Positions 48,912 to 64,000 of a stretch of DNA of 64,000 nt are shown here, piece after piece. A program made the position numbers and the translations under genes. Below the pieces are notes generated by a model, which made no database searches, had not been told where the DNA came from, and was given only the letters and a program-made list of their open reading frames with translations. Position 1 is the stretch's first letter. Every line of letters begins with the position of its first letter. Origin of the DNA: Azolla caroliniana (Eukaryota > Plantae > Polypodiophyta); the NCBI GenBank assembly GCA_043228905.1, contig JBHGNT010000004.1:15562001-15626000 (forward strand), in the 5' to 3' direction.

Positions 48912-51900
48912 TGTAAAGAATCGGGTATGATTCTTGTGTAGCGGAATAGGTGTGAACTGTGTGTGTATGAGAGACAGAGAGAGAGAGAGAGTGAGAGAGA
49001 GACGAGGACTAGGACACAGGGAATACGCAAAGTAAAATATATTAACAAAGGAGAAAGACTCAAGACAATACAAGGTGGGAGGAGTGTGCTTTATATAGTC
49101 ACCCTCTCTCTTCATTAACTACAAGACTCATGGAGCATGGGGAATGTGAAAGCTCATAAGTTATGTGTCATAGAATATGATTCTATGACTCATACTAAAT
49201 GCTAGAATACAAAGAGGTGACATAATGGTGACTCTTGACCGTTGGAGTGTCTATTCACTCTCAAGGTGAGTTCACACACTAAACCAAGTTGAGCTTGATT
49301 CTCAACACACCCCCTCAAGCTCAAGTTAGGTTGGTTTCAGACGATATCCGAAATCCACTTTGACTTGCGTTCCAAAGCCTGCGTCGACTCGCATTTATGT
49401 GGAGTTGCGGAATCCGTGCTCCAACTTGCGTTGTGCGTAGTTGTGAAGTCTATGCTTCGGCTTGCGTCTTTCTTCGCGGCTTTGCGTGGTAGATCGGCTC
49501 TTCGCGGCTTCGTTGCGAGGTTGCGGAATCCACGCGTTATTGCGTAGTGTCTTTAATACTCCCCCTCAAGCTTGGCAAGTTAGGGATCATCAATCCGAGA
49601 TCGGTCATAAATTGCCATAGCTTGTCGGCTCCCAAGGCTTTAGTGAAGATATCGGCCATTTGAAGATTTGTGCTAATGTGTTGTAGGTCGACATCGCCAG
49701 CTAGAACGCGCTCTTGGATGAAGTGATAGTGCACTTCGATGTGCTTTGTTCGTGCGTGGAACACTGGGTTCTGAGCTAGATAGATATTGCTCATGTTGTC
49801 GCAGTAAAGGGAAGTCGGATCCTTGATGGGTACGCCCAGATCCTTGAGTATCCTTTTGAGCCATACGGCTTCACATGCGGCCATTGTCACGCTCCTGTAT
49901 TCCGCCTCTGTGCTCGAAAGAGCGACGGTTGGTTGCTTTTTGTTGCTCTAGGATATTGCTCTGTTGCCAAGGGAGAAAACAAATCCGGAGGTTGATCTTC
50001 TATCGGCTTTGTGGCCGGCCCAATCAACGTCTGTGTACCCCTTGAGTTGTATTGGCATCGCGGTCTTGTAGAGGATGCCGCAATTCATTGTGTCACTCAC
50101 GTATCGTAGAACTCGCTTAGCGCAATCCAAGTGAGTATCACGCGGTGTTTGCATGAATTGGCTAAGGAGACCGACCGGATAACTGAGATCGGGTCAAGTG
50201 ATCGTGAGGTAGATGAGACTCCCGATGAGTTGCTAGTACTAAGTCGGCTCACACGTTTTGGTGCTGGAGTTCGCATCTAGTTTGAGATTGCGATCGAGCG
50301 GGGTTGCCCCAGATTTGCACTCAACCATCCCGAACTCGTATAACAAGTTGAGAATGTAGTGCCGTTGGGAGATCATGATCTGACCGGAGTTCGAATTACC
50401 TCGATGCCGAGGAAGTAGTGGAGCTCCTTCATGTCCGTCATCTCAAACTTGTTGGAAAGGAGGGATTTGACCTTATTGATTTCGACGAGATGCTCACCTC
50501 CAATCACTAGGTCATCTACATATAAGATGACGACAATCGGACTTGCGGAATTGCTTCGTATGTAGAGGGAGTTGTCCGATTTTGACATACGGAAACCAAT
50601 TTGATGAAGATATTGCGTTATCTTCGAATGCCAACCACGCGGTGCTTGCTTGAGGTCGTAGAGTGGCTTCTTGGGTCGGCATACAGCTTTCGGATGGGTG
50701 CTCGAGTTGAAGCCAGGTGGTTGTATCATGTACACCTCCTCTTCTAATTCGCCTTGTAGAAAAGCGTTCTTGACGTCCATTTGATGGAGGTGCCACCTTT
50801 CGCCGCGGCAAGCGCAATTACGGTTCGTACCGTCATCATCTTTGCCACCGGGGCAAAGGTGTCTTCGTAGTCAACTCCGTGCGTTTGGGCGTAGCCTTTC
50901 GCTACGAGTCGCGCTTTGTAGCGGTTGACGGAACCGTCGTCGTTGTACTTCACCTTGTAAATCCATCTGCATCCAATCGCCTTTTTGTGTGGTGAGGTGG
51001 GAACGAGATCCCACATCTCGTTCTTGCATAGTGCCTGCATCTCCTCGTTCATGGCTTCGATCCATCGCGGATCCTTGGCTGCTTCGGAAAATGTTTCCGG
51101 CTCGCATACTGTCATCACCTTCATCATAAAGGCATAGTGATATGCCATGTAGTCGTTATAGCCGAATCGGCTGACCGGATTCTTTTCACGGGTGGAGCGA
51201 CAGAGCTTTTCATTTGCAGAGATGAGGGCTTTCTTAGCTCCGATTGGTACGTCGAAGCCGCCGAACTCACGGTCAAGTGAGTGAGTCGACTCATCGTTGT
51301 CAAAGTGATCGTCTTCATATTCCAACATTTTCGCCTTGCCTTTGTCCATCTTCGGGCTAGGCCGTGATGTGCTTTGATCGCTCAAAGGCTCTTGTGGTCC
51401 GCTCAGTCGGGTCGTGATCGGACTTTCTTCAAACATGCGCCTAAGGTGATCTTCATCCTCTATCTCTTGTTCGGCGGATTCCGGGTCGAGCGGAGTTGGA
51501 GTCGAAGTTGGCTCTGGTGCGTACCATGATGCGGACTCGTCAAAAACGACATCTCAACTTACTAGAGATTTTCGAGTTGAGGGGTTGTAGCACTTGTACC
51601 CCTTTTGCTCTAGTGAGTATCCTACGAGGATAGATTTCTCCGACTTTGGATCTAGCTTTTGCCGCTTTTCGTCGGGTATGTGCACGTATGCTATCGTGCC
51701 GAATATCCGGGTGTGCGATAAGTCCGGCTTCTTTCCGAAGTATTTTTCGTGCGGAGTGACCTCGTGCACTCCGGATGTTGTGCATCGCTTCATTAGGTAG
51801 ACGACCGTATTTCCAGCTTCGGCCCAATATGACTTGGGCATATGCTTCTCGTTCATCATGGCCCGTGCTACTTCGAGGATGTGCTGATTTTTGCGCTCGA

Positions 51901-54449
51901 CTACTCCGTTTTGTTGCGGAGTGTGTCGACAAGTGAATTTTTGCCGAATTATTTCCTTTCGGAGATATGCCGTGAAATCATCCGAGAAGTACTCCTTGCC
52001 GCCATCCGATCGGAGACATCGTACATGTCGGCCCATGGCTTTCTCGACTTCATTCTTGAATTTTTGGAAGTGTCCAAACACTTCGCTCTTTTGCCGCATC
52101 GGGTAGATCTAAGTGTACCTAGAGAAGTGGTTGATGAAGAGCACGTAATATCGGCATCCGCCGAATGTAGCCGTCTACGCCGGTCCACATACGTCGGAAT
52201 GGACTATGTCGAGTAGACCTTTGCTCACATTCCGCTCTTTTGGGAATGGGTGTTGGTGTTGCTTGCCGAATTGGCATGCTTCACATACACCTTCAATCTC
52301 CTTCTCTTTGAATGTCGGAAGTCCGATGACGACTCCTTTCGATTTCATTGCTTTGAGTTTGTTAAGATTGATGTGGCCGATTCGCTTGTGCCATAGCTCT
52401 ATGTTGGAGTCAAGTTTCATGCTTTTTGCGAACATGGCGGATTTCATCTCGTGTGAATCGAGAATGAACATTTGGTCCTCTCTTCTTCCGCGCGCGATGA
52501 TTCGGCCCTCTTTTTCAATGAAGCACCCTTCTTGGTCGAATAGTACTTGCATCCCTTGCTCAACCATTTGGCCGACCGAGACCAAATTCTTCATGATGGT
52601 GGGAACATGCAAGAAATTTTTAATGTATGTTTGCTTACCGCTTCCGCCGAAAGGAACATTGCCGATGTGCCGAATCGGGTGCGTAGTGTCATCTCCGGTT
52701 TCGACATAACCGGGTCACTCCGGCTCTCGAAGTTCGAGAAACCATTCTTTATGGGATGTCATATGGTTTGAGGCTCCGGAGTCAACAAACCATACGTCCT
52801 CCGGATTGAGGGCACTAGTTGAGGTAGAGGCCGACATAGAGTTTGCTCTATGTTTCATCATGAACATTCTGCCACGGTCGGAGTTGTGTGCATACATTCC
52901 GCCACGATCTTCGTAGTCGGAATTGTGCTTGTACATTCCGCTATGATCTTCGTAGTCGGAGTTGTGCCCGTATATTCCGCTATACTCTTCGTAATCGGAA
53001 TTGTGCGCATAATTCGTGAGTTGTCGACTTGTGGAAGCCGATTCACGCATCTTCTTTCGGCACTCTTCTTCGTGGTGGCCGAGCTTTCCGGAATATCCGC
53101 ATTCGGTTGCGTTTTGACGGCTCGGGCCGGAGTGGAAGCTCCCCCTTCTTGTGAAGGTTCCTCGTTGGCTTCCGTTTTGCGGTCGAAATTGGGAGTTGTT
53201 GTCATAGGTCGGACCTCGTCCGCCTTGTCCTTGGCCGAATCAGCCTCTCGCTCGTCCGCATCCTCTTCCTCCGTTCGATTGCGTGTAGAGCATGTGGCCT
53301 TCTGACTCATTACTCCTTGTACGCACGTGGTTTTCTTCGACCAATAGCATTGATTGGAGCTCGAAGAAGGAGGGATATTTCTCCCGTGCTAGAACAGCAG
53401 TTCGCATCGCGCCGAACCGTGGTGCGAGGCCGCCGAGGCATATTTGCACCATCTCATCATCATCGATATTTATGCTTATCGAGCCGAGCGAGTCGCAAAG
53501 CTCCTTGATCTTCGAGGTGTATGTCGTGATGGACATGTCCCTTTGTTGATGTTGTTCAACTCTTGGCGAAGTTGAAGCCTTCTTGCGGTTGTGTTCGCCG
53601 CGAAAATCTTTCGTAGATTTTCCCATGCCTCCTTCGGCGCCTTGGCTTTGTGAACGTAACCGAGCATGTGATCGTGAACACATGTTGCCAAGTAATACAT
53701 CACGCGTCTTGTGGCTTGCTCCCATGTCGCGTATCCGGGAGCCGCTTCGGCGGGTCGGTCTTCGTGCTCTCCTTTGATGTAGCTCCAATAGCCTTGTCCG
53801 ACAAGGTATTGGTGCATCTTGTACTCCTAAGATGCAAAGTTGTTTCGATCCAACTTCTCAGTAGGGAGAGCGCTCCCCATTTGAGTATTCATTATGTTGA
53901 TTCTTCTTCTTCTTCTTCTTCTCTCTTCGAATGCAAGCTATGTAGCGAAGCTACAATAGGGATGAGCCGGTTCTTCTTGACCGTCAGCGTAGAGCTCAAC
54001 ACACGCGGATGGGCTAGATGGAGCTACCAAATCGCTCTGATACCATGTAAAGAATCGAGTATGATTCTTGTGTAGCGGAATAGGTGTGAACTGTGTGTGT
54101 GTGTATGAGAGAGAGAGAGAGAGAGAGAGTGAGTGAGAGACAGACGAAGAGTAGGACACAGAGAATACACAAAGTAAAATATATTAACAAAGGAGAAAGA
54201 CTCAAGACAATACAAGGTGGGAGGAGTGTGCTTTATATAGTCACCCTCTCTCTTCATTAACTACAAGACTCATGGAGCATGGGGAATGTGAAAGCTCATA
54301 AGTTATGTGTCATAGAATATGATTCTATGACTCATACTAAATGTTAGAATACAAAGAGGTGACATAATGGTGACTCTTAACCGTTGGAGTGTCTATTCAC
54401 TCTCAAGGTGAGTTCACACACTAGACCAAGTTGAGCTTGATTCTCAACA
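48912..54449 (-). mobile_element. Ty1/copia element D (LTRs 48912-49307, 54046-54449), degenerate gag-pol
   Basis: ~400-bp TG..CA LTRs (~8 substitutions plus microsatellite length changes), TSD GTAAG, PBS (rc) 54034-54045, PPT (rc) at 49308. Motifs WFVDSGASNHM, DGGKEY, YVDD, TKHIEVHYHF. Confidence 0.96.
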
Positions 54450-55506
54450 GTAAGCAGCATACAGCTCGCCAAGAACCATGTATTCCATGCTCGGACAAAG
54501 CGCATAGAAGTGCATTATCACTTTGTTCGTGAGCGGGTCCTAAGCGGTGAAGTTGAACTTCAGTATGTTCACACGTATCAACAGGTCACCGACATCTTCA
54601 CCAAGCCGCTCGGATCAGACAAAAAGTGCTCTTTGAGCACATTCTATGTACAGAGGATTATTATTTTTGAATTGAGTTTATGTTCTGCTCTCTCTGTCCC
54701 TCCCGTGTATTCTCTATGTAAGGTCTCCATTAAACCTTCTTCTAGATGCGTTCTATTGGTATCCAGATGAGCCGGTTTGTCATACGCTTCTGCATATTAA
54801 CTTTCACAGAGATGTAGTAAGCTAAGCATACTCGAAAAATGTCGCAACTTGTCAAAGCCCAGGGGTTTGGTAAAGATGTCGGTTTCCTACCGATTAGTTG
54901 GAACATAAAGAAGTTCAACTTCTCTAGAGAGGAATCGCTCACAGACGAAGTGATAGTGCACCTCGATGTGCTTTGTCTGGGCATGGAAGTCAAGGTTCTT
55001 CACTAACTTGATGTTGCTAAGCTTGTCGCAATATATGATTGTCGGCTCGAACACCTCTACATGCATATCCTTGAATAGCATTTTCAGCCAAATGGCTTCG
55101 CACGTGGTGACAAACCACCGCTCGATACTCAGCCTCAGTGCTCAACAGTGCCACTATCAGCTGCTTTTTACTGCTCCAGGCGATTGCGGCGCTTCCCAAC
55201 GAAAACATGAATCCAGATGTTTACCTCCAATCACCAGCATTTCTGGCCCAATCGGTATCCGTGTAGCCGATTAACTCATATGCTACTCCGGCTTGATACA
55301 TCAATGTCTTGTCCTTAGTGTCGTTGACATGTGCGTCAATATCCTTTGCGCGCATTGAAGGTGTTCGGCCTTTGGCTACAACATGAATTGAGTGATCAAG
55401 TCGACTGGGTAATTGAGGTCCGGCCAAGTGATCATCAAATAAATGAGGCTTCCGACAATTTGTCAGAACCATGTTGGGTCGCGACTTGCACGTCGTTCCC
55501 GAATTT

Positions 55507-55853
55507 TGGTTACAACTATATCTCTACCTAATTTACTTATTAATAAACCTCCGGTGCTGCAAAAGGTGTATTATCAAGGTTTGCCTGATCAATGTTTTGT
55601 GTGCCATCAATTTGGTCATTTAGGTCGAGATTGTCAAAAGCAACGTTCGAATGTAGAACCCAATATACCTAATCGAGCAGTTGTTAATAATGATGGCTGG
55701 CCTACGGTTTCAGGAAAACATGATTTTAAACCAACTAATATAGTGATTAATCCAGTATTATTACTTGAAGCTAATCCTTATCACTCTTTGCAGGAAGTGG
55801 AAAAGGATGCGCGTAATACAGTAGATAAGCACATGCCTAGTGTGATCACATAA
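55507..55853 (+). mobile_element. LINE ORF1 fragment (zinc knuckle)
   Basis: QKVYYQGLPDQCFVCHQFGHLGRDC matches the Y..LP..C..C...GH...C pattern of plant L1 ORF1. Confidence 0.7.
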
Positions 55854-56499
55854 GTTGATAGGGAAAGACCTTTGGTCTAATAAGAGACAATTACGAACCT
55901 CAGAGGATGGAAGAAAGGGTAGAGATCTCACACTTGCCGAAAGAATAATAGGAGGGCAATTTTCTTTATTGGAGCAAGTGGAAATTCTTTCATAAGTGGA
56001 GTGTTCATCTTGCCTATTGGCAATCCAACATGTTCCACTACCCATGTAATGTAGTTAGTGGGCGACCATAGTCCATTGTGAGACCCATTGTAAGTTACAA
56101 TGTTTTTCACACACTTTTATTAATATAATTGTGTGTTTTCACCAAAGAGAGAGAGAGAGAGAGTCGTTGCTCAAGAGACTAAACTTTACATTAACCACCA
56201 AACTTGATTTACAAGAACAATTACCTACATAAATAGTTAGGTCAACTATGTTCACACTAGAGATACAAGGTTTGGGTAGACTGGGCCTTTTAGGCCCATA
56301 GAGTCATCCATCCCCTCTTATTCAAGAACCGAGTGGTCCAACTCAAGTAGCACACGTATGCTACAACGTCATTCCATTATGTCCAACCTACAATTATATA
56401 GCCTCCTACAATTATGGTTGCATCCATCTACTTCTTACACTACTTTTTACAATATCTATGAATTTACACTTATCTTCGAGAGTCAACGTCTAGTGAGTA

Positions 56500-57709
56500 C
56501 TCATATACTTCCTAATGTACTTTTTCTAGAATATGACTTCCATACTAAGTCTAACTATATAGTTTCCCTCGTTACATTTAGTTCAGCTTACATTTGGCAT
56601 GTTTATGCACGAGGGATTGTTGTACATGGGACCCAGCCAGGTATTTTTGGAGAACTCAAGGACAAACTGATGGGGAAAAGCTGGTTCAATTTTTCAGGTA
56701 TAACACGAAGATTGGGAGGCAAATTCTTCTAGAACAAAAACATGACAAGGTTGCGGCAAGGAAATTTTGGATGCAAGAGGGCATAAGTGAAAGGAGACTA
56801 GATAAATTCTGGAAAATGATATGGCATGACAAATATGACCGCAAGATAATGATGTGTTTATGGCTTATTGCACATAGAGCCTTGCCGGTAGGGACGTGGG
56901 GTAAAGGCCCCAATGTAGACCCTCGATGCACTGCATGTGGACAGATAGAAAGCATCTCCCATTGTCTATGGGAATGTCGTGATGCAATGGCTGTATGGGG
57001 AAGGGCACTTCGTTTGCTTTGCCATGCCTCTAGTTCGTTCACCCTCAACTGGGGACATGCTTGTTGGATGTCTCTTGACGTTGATGTGGCGACATACGAT
57101 AGCACATGCAATGCTAAGTACAGAGGGGAGAATGGCATTGTTCGGCTGATCCCTGACAACGGGGTACCTACTACTTGTGTACAGAATCAAAAACTTGAAG
57201 ATCTTTGGATGTTGCTTGCCCCCATCACTATATGGCATATATGGACAGCAAGGTGTACCAGGGTATTTTCCGCACACAAACGCCCTCCAGCTGAATCGAT
57301 TAAGCTAATTTGGCACACACTCATAACTACACTAAGAGCTCAATATGAGCGGATTAATGGTACTAATGATGCTGCAGACCTAATGAGGCTGAATTTTCGA
57401 AAAAGATGGTGTACGACACCGATGGCTGCAGCAAATGGAATGGATATACTATGGAAGTATGATGTACCCAAATGGTTGTTTCCCCCTCCCATTAGTTGAA
57501 CGAGGGGCGTGAAAGACATGGCAAGTGGGATAGTGAAGGTAGGTGATGTATCTGTAAGGATGGCTTGAGTCATATGTAAAAGTGTAAGATAAATAAGTGA
57601 GATCTCTCGTATGTAGGCTAGGATAATCTTGGCACGGCCTACCTGAGAAAGGGATCGTGTTCATGTATATTTTAACTAATGGAGTATATTCTTTTTTGGA
57701 AAAAAAAAA
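56500..57709 (+). mobile_element. 5'-truncated LINE: ORF2 C-terminus (zf-RVT; ORF 56594-57499), 3' UTR and poly(A)
   Basis: KIMMCLWLIAHRALPV..RCTACGQIESISHCLWEC and IWHIWTARC motifs; A-run at 57700-57708. 5' boundary approximate. Confidence 0.85.
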
Positions 57710-59357
57710 GGTTGAGATTAATTCTCCATACCAAGGTCAAACACAAACTTATTGCAAACTAAAAAGGTGGCTAATGGAAAAAATGGGAGATTTCATACTC
57801 TTTCTAGTTCTTGATCATTCTTTTACCACACCTCATGTTATTTGTAACCCCTTTGCAATCGTGAAGAAAGTTTGAAATATCTCTTAACAATCAACTTTTT
57901 TAGAGACTACTAGTGTTCACCTTATGCTATGCTAATTTATTAAATAAGAAGTTTTGGTTCTCCAAATTGTGGATTTTCACAAACCTCTACAAATACCACA
58001 TCAACTAGAACAAATTCGACATTCTCAAGAGGAAATAAGCATACACATTGCCCTTACACAACTCTAGGTTATGTGAGGGCATAAACTTGAAAGAGGTATC
58101 CGCTTGTAAAAATGCAACTGTTGTGGAGATCTAGTTTTTGGAGGCAAATTATGGAAGACAAAGATGCATATTGCTTTTTTGCTTATCATGTGCTTTAGCA
58201 AAAACTGTTTTCTAAGTAGGCTTCAAGGGCTTTTTTATTATAAACCTTGTTACAAACTAAGACTTCGAGGTTCAAAAATAGGTCAAAACACCTATAGGGA
58301 AAGCCATCACAAGAAATTTGACATTTTCATGAGAATATATGTGTGTGTGAATGTTGAGCGGGACCATTGGGAACCTAAACTAGGGAACATATCTTTGCCG
58401 ATGGCATTGTTGATGAAGGGTTGAGGGAGATGATAATTGTTACCACACATAATTGAACCTTCTCTTCTTGACTACGTGCCAAGTGATAGGTGTATGCTTA
58501 GTGTGCCAAAAAATCCCTTGTATGTGTAATATTAGTTTGTAAACATATGTTTTTATGAGTGAGTTTCTTAAATGTGTGCAATATGAGCGTATGTGTACTC
58601 GTATTTTTTGGGTATATATGATTATTTGTTTTGTGTGATCATGCATATTGGTGTGCTTGTGATTGTGTACGTGTAGATACACATTAGTGTGTATGTGAGT
58701 ATGTGTAAATAAATGTATGAGAAATAATGTGTATAGTTGTAACTTGTAACTTGTGTCTATATGTACATGTACAATTAAATATGTTTGTTCTTGTAGGTAT
58801 TTATGTGTATTAAGAATGTGTGAGCATGGTCGTTAAAGTTTATTGTGTGTGTTTTTGTTTTTTTTTGGGGGGGGGGCATGTACTTTAGGTATCAGTATCA
58901 TAACTTTTATTGTTTTTATTGGAAAGGTAGGGGCATTTGGGCATTTGTTGAATCAATTCTTAAGAGGAAAGGAAACTAAGGCGAATGTTGTTCATTGAAT
59001 GTGAAACAAATTGCACAAAACAAGTTATTTTATGTCGTCTGTTGTTACCTTTAACTTGCCAAGAATTGACGATATTAATAACGGACAAAGACATTTTGTG
59101 TGAACATTTTCATCTTGTTATTGCAATTTAAATTCTATTCTCAAGGTCTTGTACATACTTAAAAAGGTGCAAGTCACAAAGCTTTGTTTGCTCTATCAAG
59201 TCACATTTTGTCTTGTGGATGGTGGAATTTAGGTTTGAATATAGTAAAATGTGTGGTGTAGTTTGGTAGGGGAGATTAACAAACTTAATTTTCCATGCCT
59301 TATTAAGTCAAATGAAGAAGAATAAGAAATGATAACAATCCCAATCAATTAGGATCA

Positions 59358-59957
59358 ATGGGATTCCAATATGGAAAGCCATTGTGGGTAGTGTCATGTT
59401 TCTTATTTACCATGGTATCTCAAGCTTCACCTCAAGATCTTGTCTCATCAAAAGCAATGATTGTGAGGGTATTGAGAAACTATGGTTACTCCATGCTTGC
59501 AACATCTATTGAGCTTACAAATTCAGAATTGATTTCACTTGCTAACCAAGACCAAGGTTTAACTTTATTTGCCCCTAGTGATGTAGCGCTTGCATCTGTG
59601 GACCTATCAACACCCCTCTTCTTGCCAATTCTGCAATACCATATTTGCCCTGGCCATTTTCTATATGATGATCTTCTCTCCATCCCTTCAAGGACTCGTG
59701 TAAATACCCTATTACTAGGATACTCACTCTTCATCACTAGTGCAAATGATTCTAGTCACCATCTAACAATAGACAATGTGCCACTTGGACGGCCAAATGT
59801 TTTTGTGGATGATTTTATTGTAATTCATGGAATTAATCATATCTTTGATCCTCGTGCATTTGGTATTGGAATGGGGCCAACATTCCCATTCTCTCCATGG
59901 ATTCCACAATCGAAACCATACCCTCCACCTATCTCTCCATCAACTCCCCTTCACTAA
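59358..59957 (+). CDS. Fasciclin-like arabinogalactan-type protein (single FAS1 domain)
   Basis: Hydrophobic N-terminal signal-like segment, H1 motif LTLFAPSD, LQYHI, H2 motif IVIHGINHIF, Pro-rich tail. Intronless. Confidence 0.88.
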   Translation: MGFQYGKPLWVVSCFLFTMVSQASPQDLVSSKAMIVRVLRNYGYSMLATSIELTNSELISLANQDQGLTLFAPSDVALASVDLSTPLFLPILQYHICPGHFLYDDLLSIPSRTRVNTLLLGYSLFITSANDSSHHLTIDNVPLGRPNVFVDDFIVIHGINHIFDPRAFGIGMGPTFPFSPWIPQSKPYPPPISPSTPLH

Positions 59958-61354
59958 TCCAAACATAATTAATGAAAAAAAGATTACTAACTAGAGTCAA
60001 ACTATGGAATCATAGAGAATGGTATCTAGGACAGCATTGTATGGACAGTTTATCCAACAGATTTTATATTTATCGTAGTGCATTTTCAATCTTTAAATAT
60101 TGTGCTCAATATTGAATACTCATCAAAACGGGGCATAATTACGTATTGTATCATGTTCAATTTCATTATTATCTCAGCTCAAAGTTTCAAGTAACTAGTT
60201 TAGTTCAAAAAAACACCAATTTCCTTTTAGTTGAGCATTTTGGAATTAGAATTTTTAGGGGATTCCGTCAAAGCATTATTACAGTGAGCATATATCAAAT
60301 CATTGACCCCAGCTACACCACATTTACCATGCAATTAGAATTTTGTGAGGTATACTGTGTAGTGTGTTGTTCCATGATAATTGTTTACACACACTATGAT
60401 GTCTGTAAATTTTTATGCTGTTAGCATGCATGGATGCTGTAGTAAAGAAATAACATGGAAATTTATAGCTGGTATGTACTGTACACGAATTAGCAGAAAT
60501 TCTTTATTGTTTAAACCCATCAGTTAATACCACTTAATTTACAACAACAAATAACCAAAACAGATCATGAAATCAATAGACAAGGAAATAAAAATGACCC
60601 ATAAAAAGACATGATGAAATGATTTGATTTGCTAAGTGCATCCTTTGATGGCTCAACACATCTAACATGAAATCATAACATAAGGGCAAAGGTATGATCC
60701 AATTAATGATTGGCCACTTAATGGAATATTATGAATCAGACAAAAGATTGACCACGTTCAAACAAAAGGGCAAAGGAATGAATCCAACGAGGTTAAATCT
60801 GCCACAGTTTCAATTAGACCATAATGAAATCATAACATTAAGGGCAATGGTATTAGCATCAGTGATTGGGAACTCAATAGGGTACAATGAGTCGAACAAG
60901 TGATTGAGCATCAGTTGCAATGAATGTAAGTCATCTCCCACATTCAAATAAAAGGCAAAGATATGAATCCAACAAGGTTAAATCTGCCTTACAATTAAAT
61001 CATTGTGTAGGCTAGCAAGATAATACTAACATTGTGTGTCACTAATGTAAAGAGTCCAAAGAAATACTCCCAATAAAAACTAAAACCCAAGGCTAATAAT
61101 TCACTCTGCCAATGTAAGTTCCACTCGCCATCATATTTAATCATGTCAAAATTCTTATGCTTCTCCTCGTGATGTGAATTAATTGAATCTCTTACGAGAT
61201 GTTTCTATCACTACTACCAAAGAAATGTCTAGCTCTTAAGACAATGGTAGATCTTTCCAAGCTTTGTATACAAAGGGGTTAAACAATATACAATTCAAAC
61301 CATCCAAAAAATAATTTACATTTGGCTCCTCTAAAACAACCATCGAAACCATGC

Positions 61355-63659
<2,305 letters not shown>

Positions 63660-64000
63660 TCAATCACTGCCCACATCTTAGATTTTGGACACAGTGAGAT
63701 GAACATAAGAAAAAGAAGAAATGAGAGACTCTTTACCTTGTTTCCTCTTCTTCTCCTTCATGAGTTTCGTGCTTCTTCTTCCTCATCACTATGGCTATGG
63801 CTGGGTATAAGAAAGAGTTGTGTCAAACTCTTAGCTCTTAACTGCACATGGTGTGTGTGGTTTATTGATTGCTTAACTATGGTTTGGGTTTATGAAAGTG
63901 TTGTGTATGATATAGTTTAACCATGGCTGGATTGTATGTTTGGTTCAATTCACGAGCAAGGCCGAGGCTTACTCAAACTCATCGATACATGGCTTTGTTT

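Larger units (their letters stand above)
42969..54808 (+). mobile_element. Degenerate Ty1/copia element C (5' LTR 42969-43277; partial 3' LTR ending 54808)
   Basis: Both LTRs end CATATTAACTTTCACA. Near-TSD AAGAT/GAGAT, decayed PBS TGTTATCAGAGC. gag-pol is colinear with copia A but heavily disrupted. Confidence 0.9.
42239..55505 (-). mobile_element. 5'-truncated Ty1/copia element B (3' LTR ~42239-42615; RT/RH remnant 54814-55505), split by copia C
   Basis: Minus strand reads PPT then TGTTGAGAGACAAGG at 42615. The pol end PLGFDKLRHFSSMLSLLH|LDMPNLRG is continuous across the copia C insertion. Left LTR end is degenerate. Confidence 0.85.

Noticed and set aside
21600-54500. Many overlapping and antisense ORFs of 60-260 aa
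   Set aside because: Shadow frames of GC-rich retrotransposon coding sequence with no recognisable motifs.
56030-56360. Solo LTR between the two LINE fragments
   Set aside because: LTR-like composition, but no confident TG..CA ends or TSD.
60660-61000. Short direct repeats downstream of TGS1
   Set aside because: Decayed local duplication (~180-bp period) with no further structure.

Overview
Nuclear genomic DNA of a land plant; the PPR style and TE families suggest a fern or other non-seed plant (inference only). Four host genes: the 3' end of a PLS-class PPR gene (1-627), a 3-exon long-chain fatty alcohol oxidase (9186-12028), a fasciclin-like protein (59358-59957) and a 5-exon TGS1 trimethylguanosine synthase (61355-63596, minus strand). 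About 41 kb (16.3-57.7 kb) is a stack of nested transposons, most of which can be resolved to the base pair from termini and target-site duplications (TSDs). Nest 1: a full-length Sola-like DDD DNA transposon (29-bp TIRs, AAAT TSD) contains a Ty1/copia, which contains a Ty3/gypsy with a ~920-codon extra 3' ORF, which contains a Tnt1-like copia with apparently identical LTRs and an open polyprotein lacking the protease domain. Nest 2: a minus-strand copia contains a plus-strand copia, which holds a 1.4-kb foldback element and another copia. A palindromic Mutator-type MITE, a non-autonomous hAT element and LINE remnants also occur. Best leads: the Sola-like element, the protease-less young copia, the gypsy extra ORF and missing PPT, and a double-PPT/hairpin architecture shared by three copia elements. 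All comparisons were made by eye; no searches were run.
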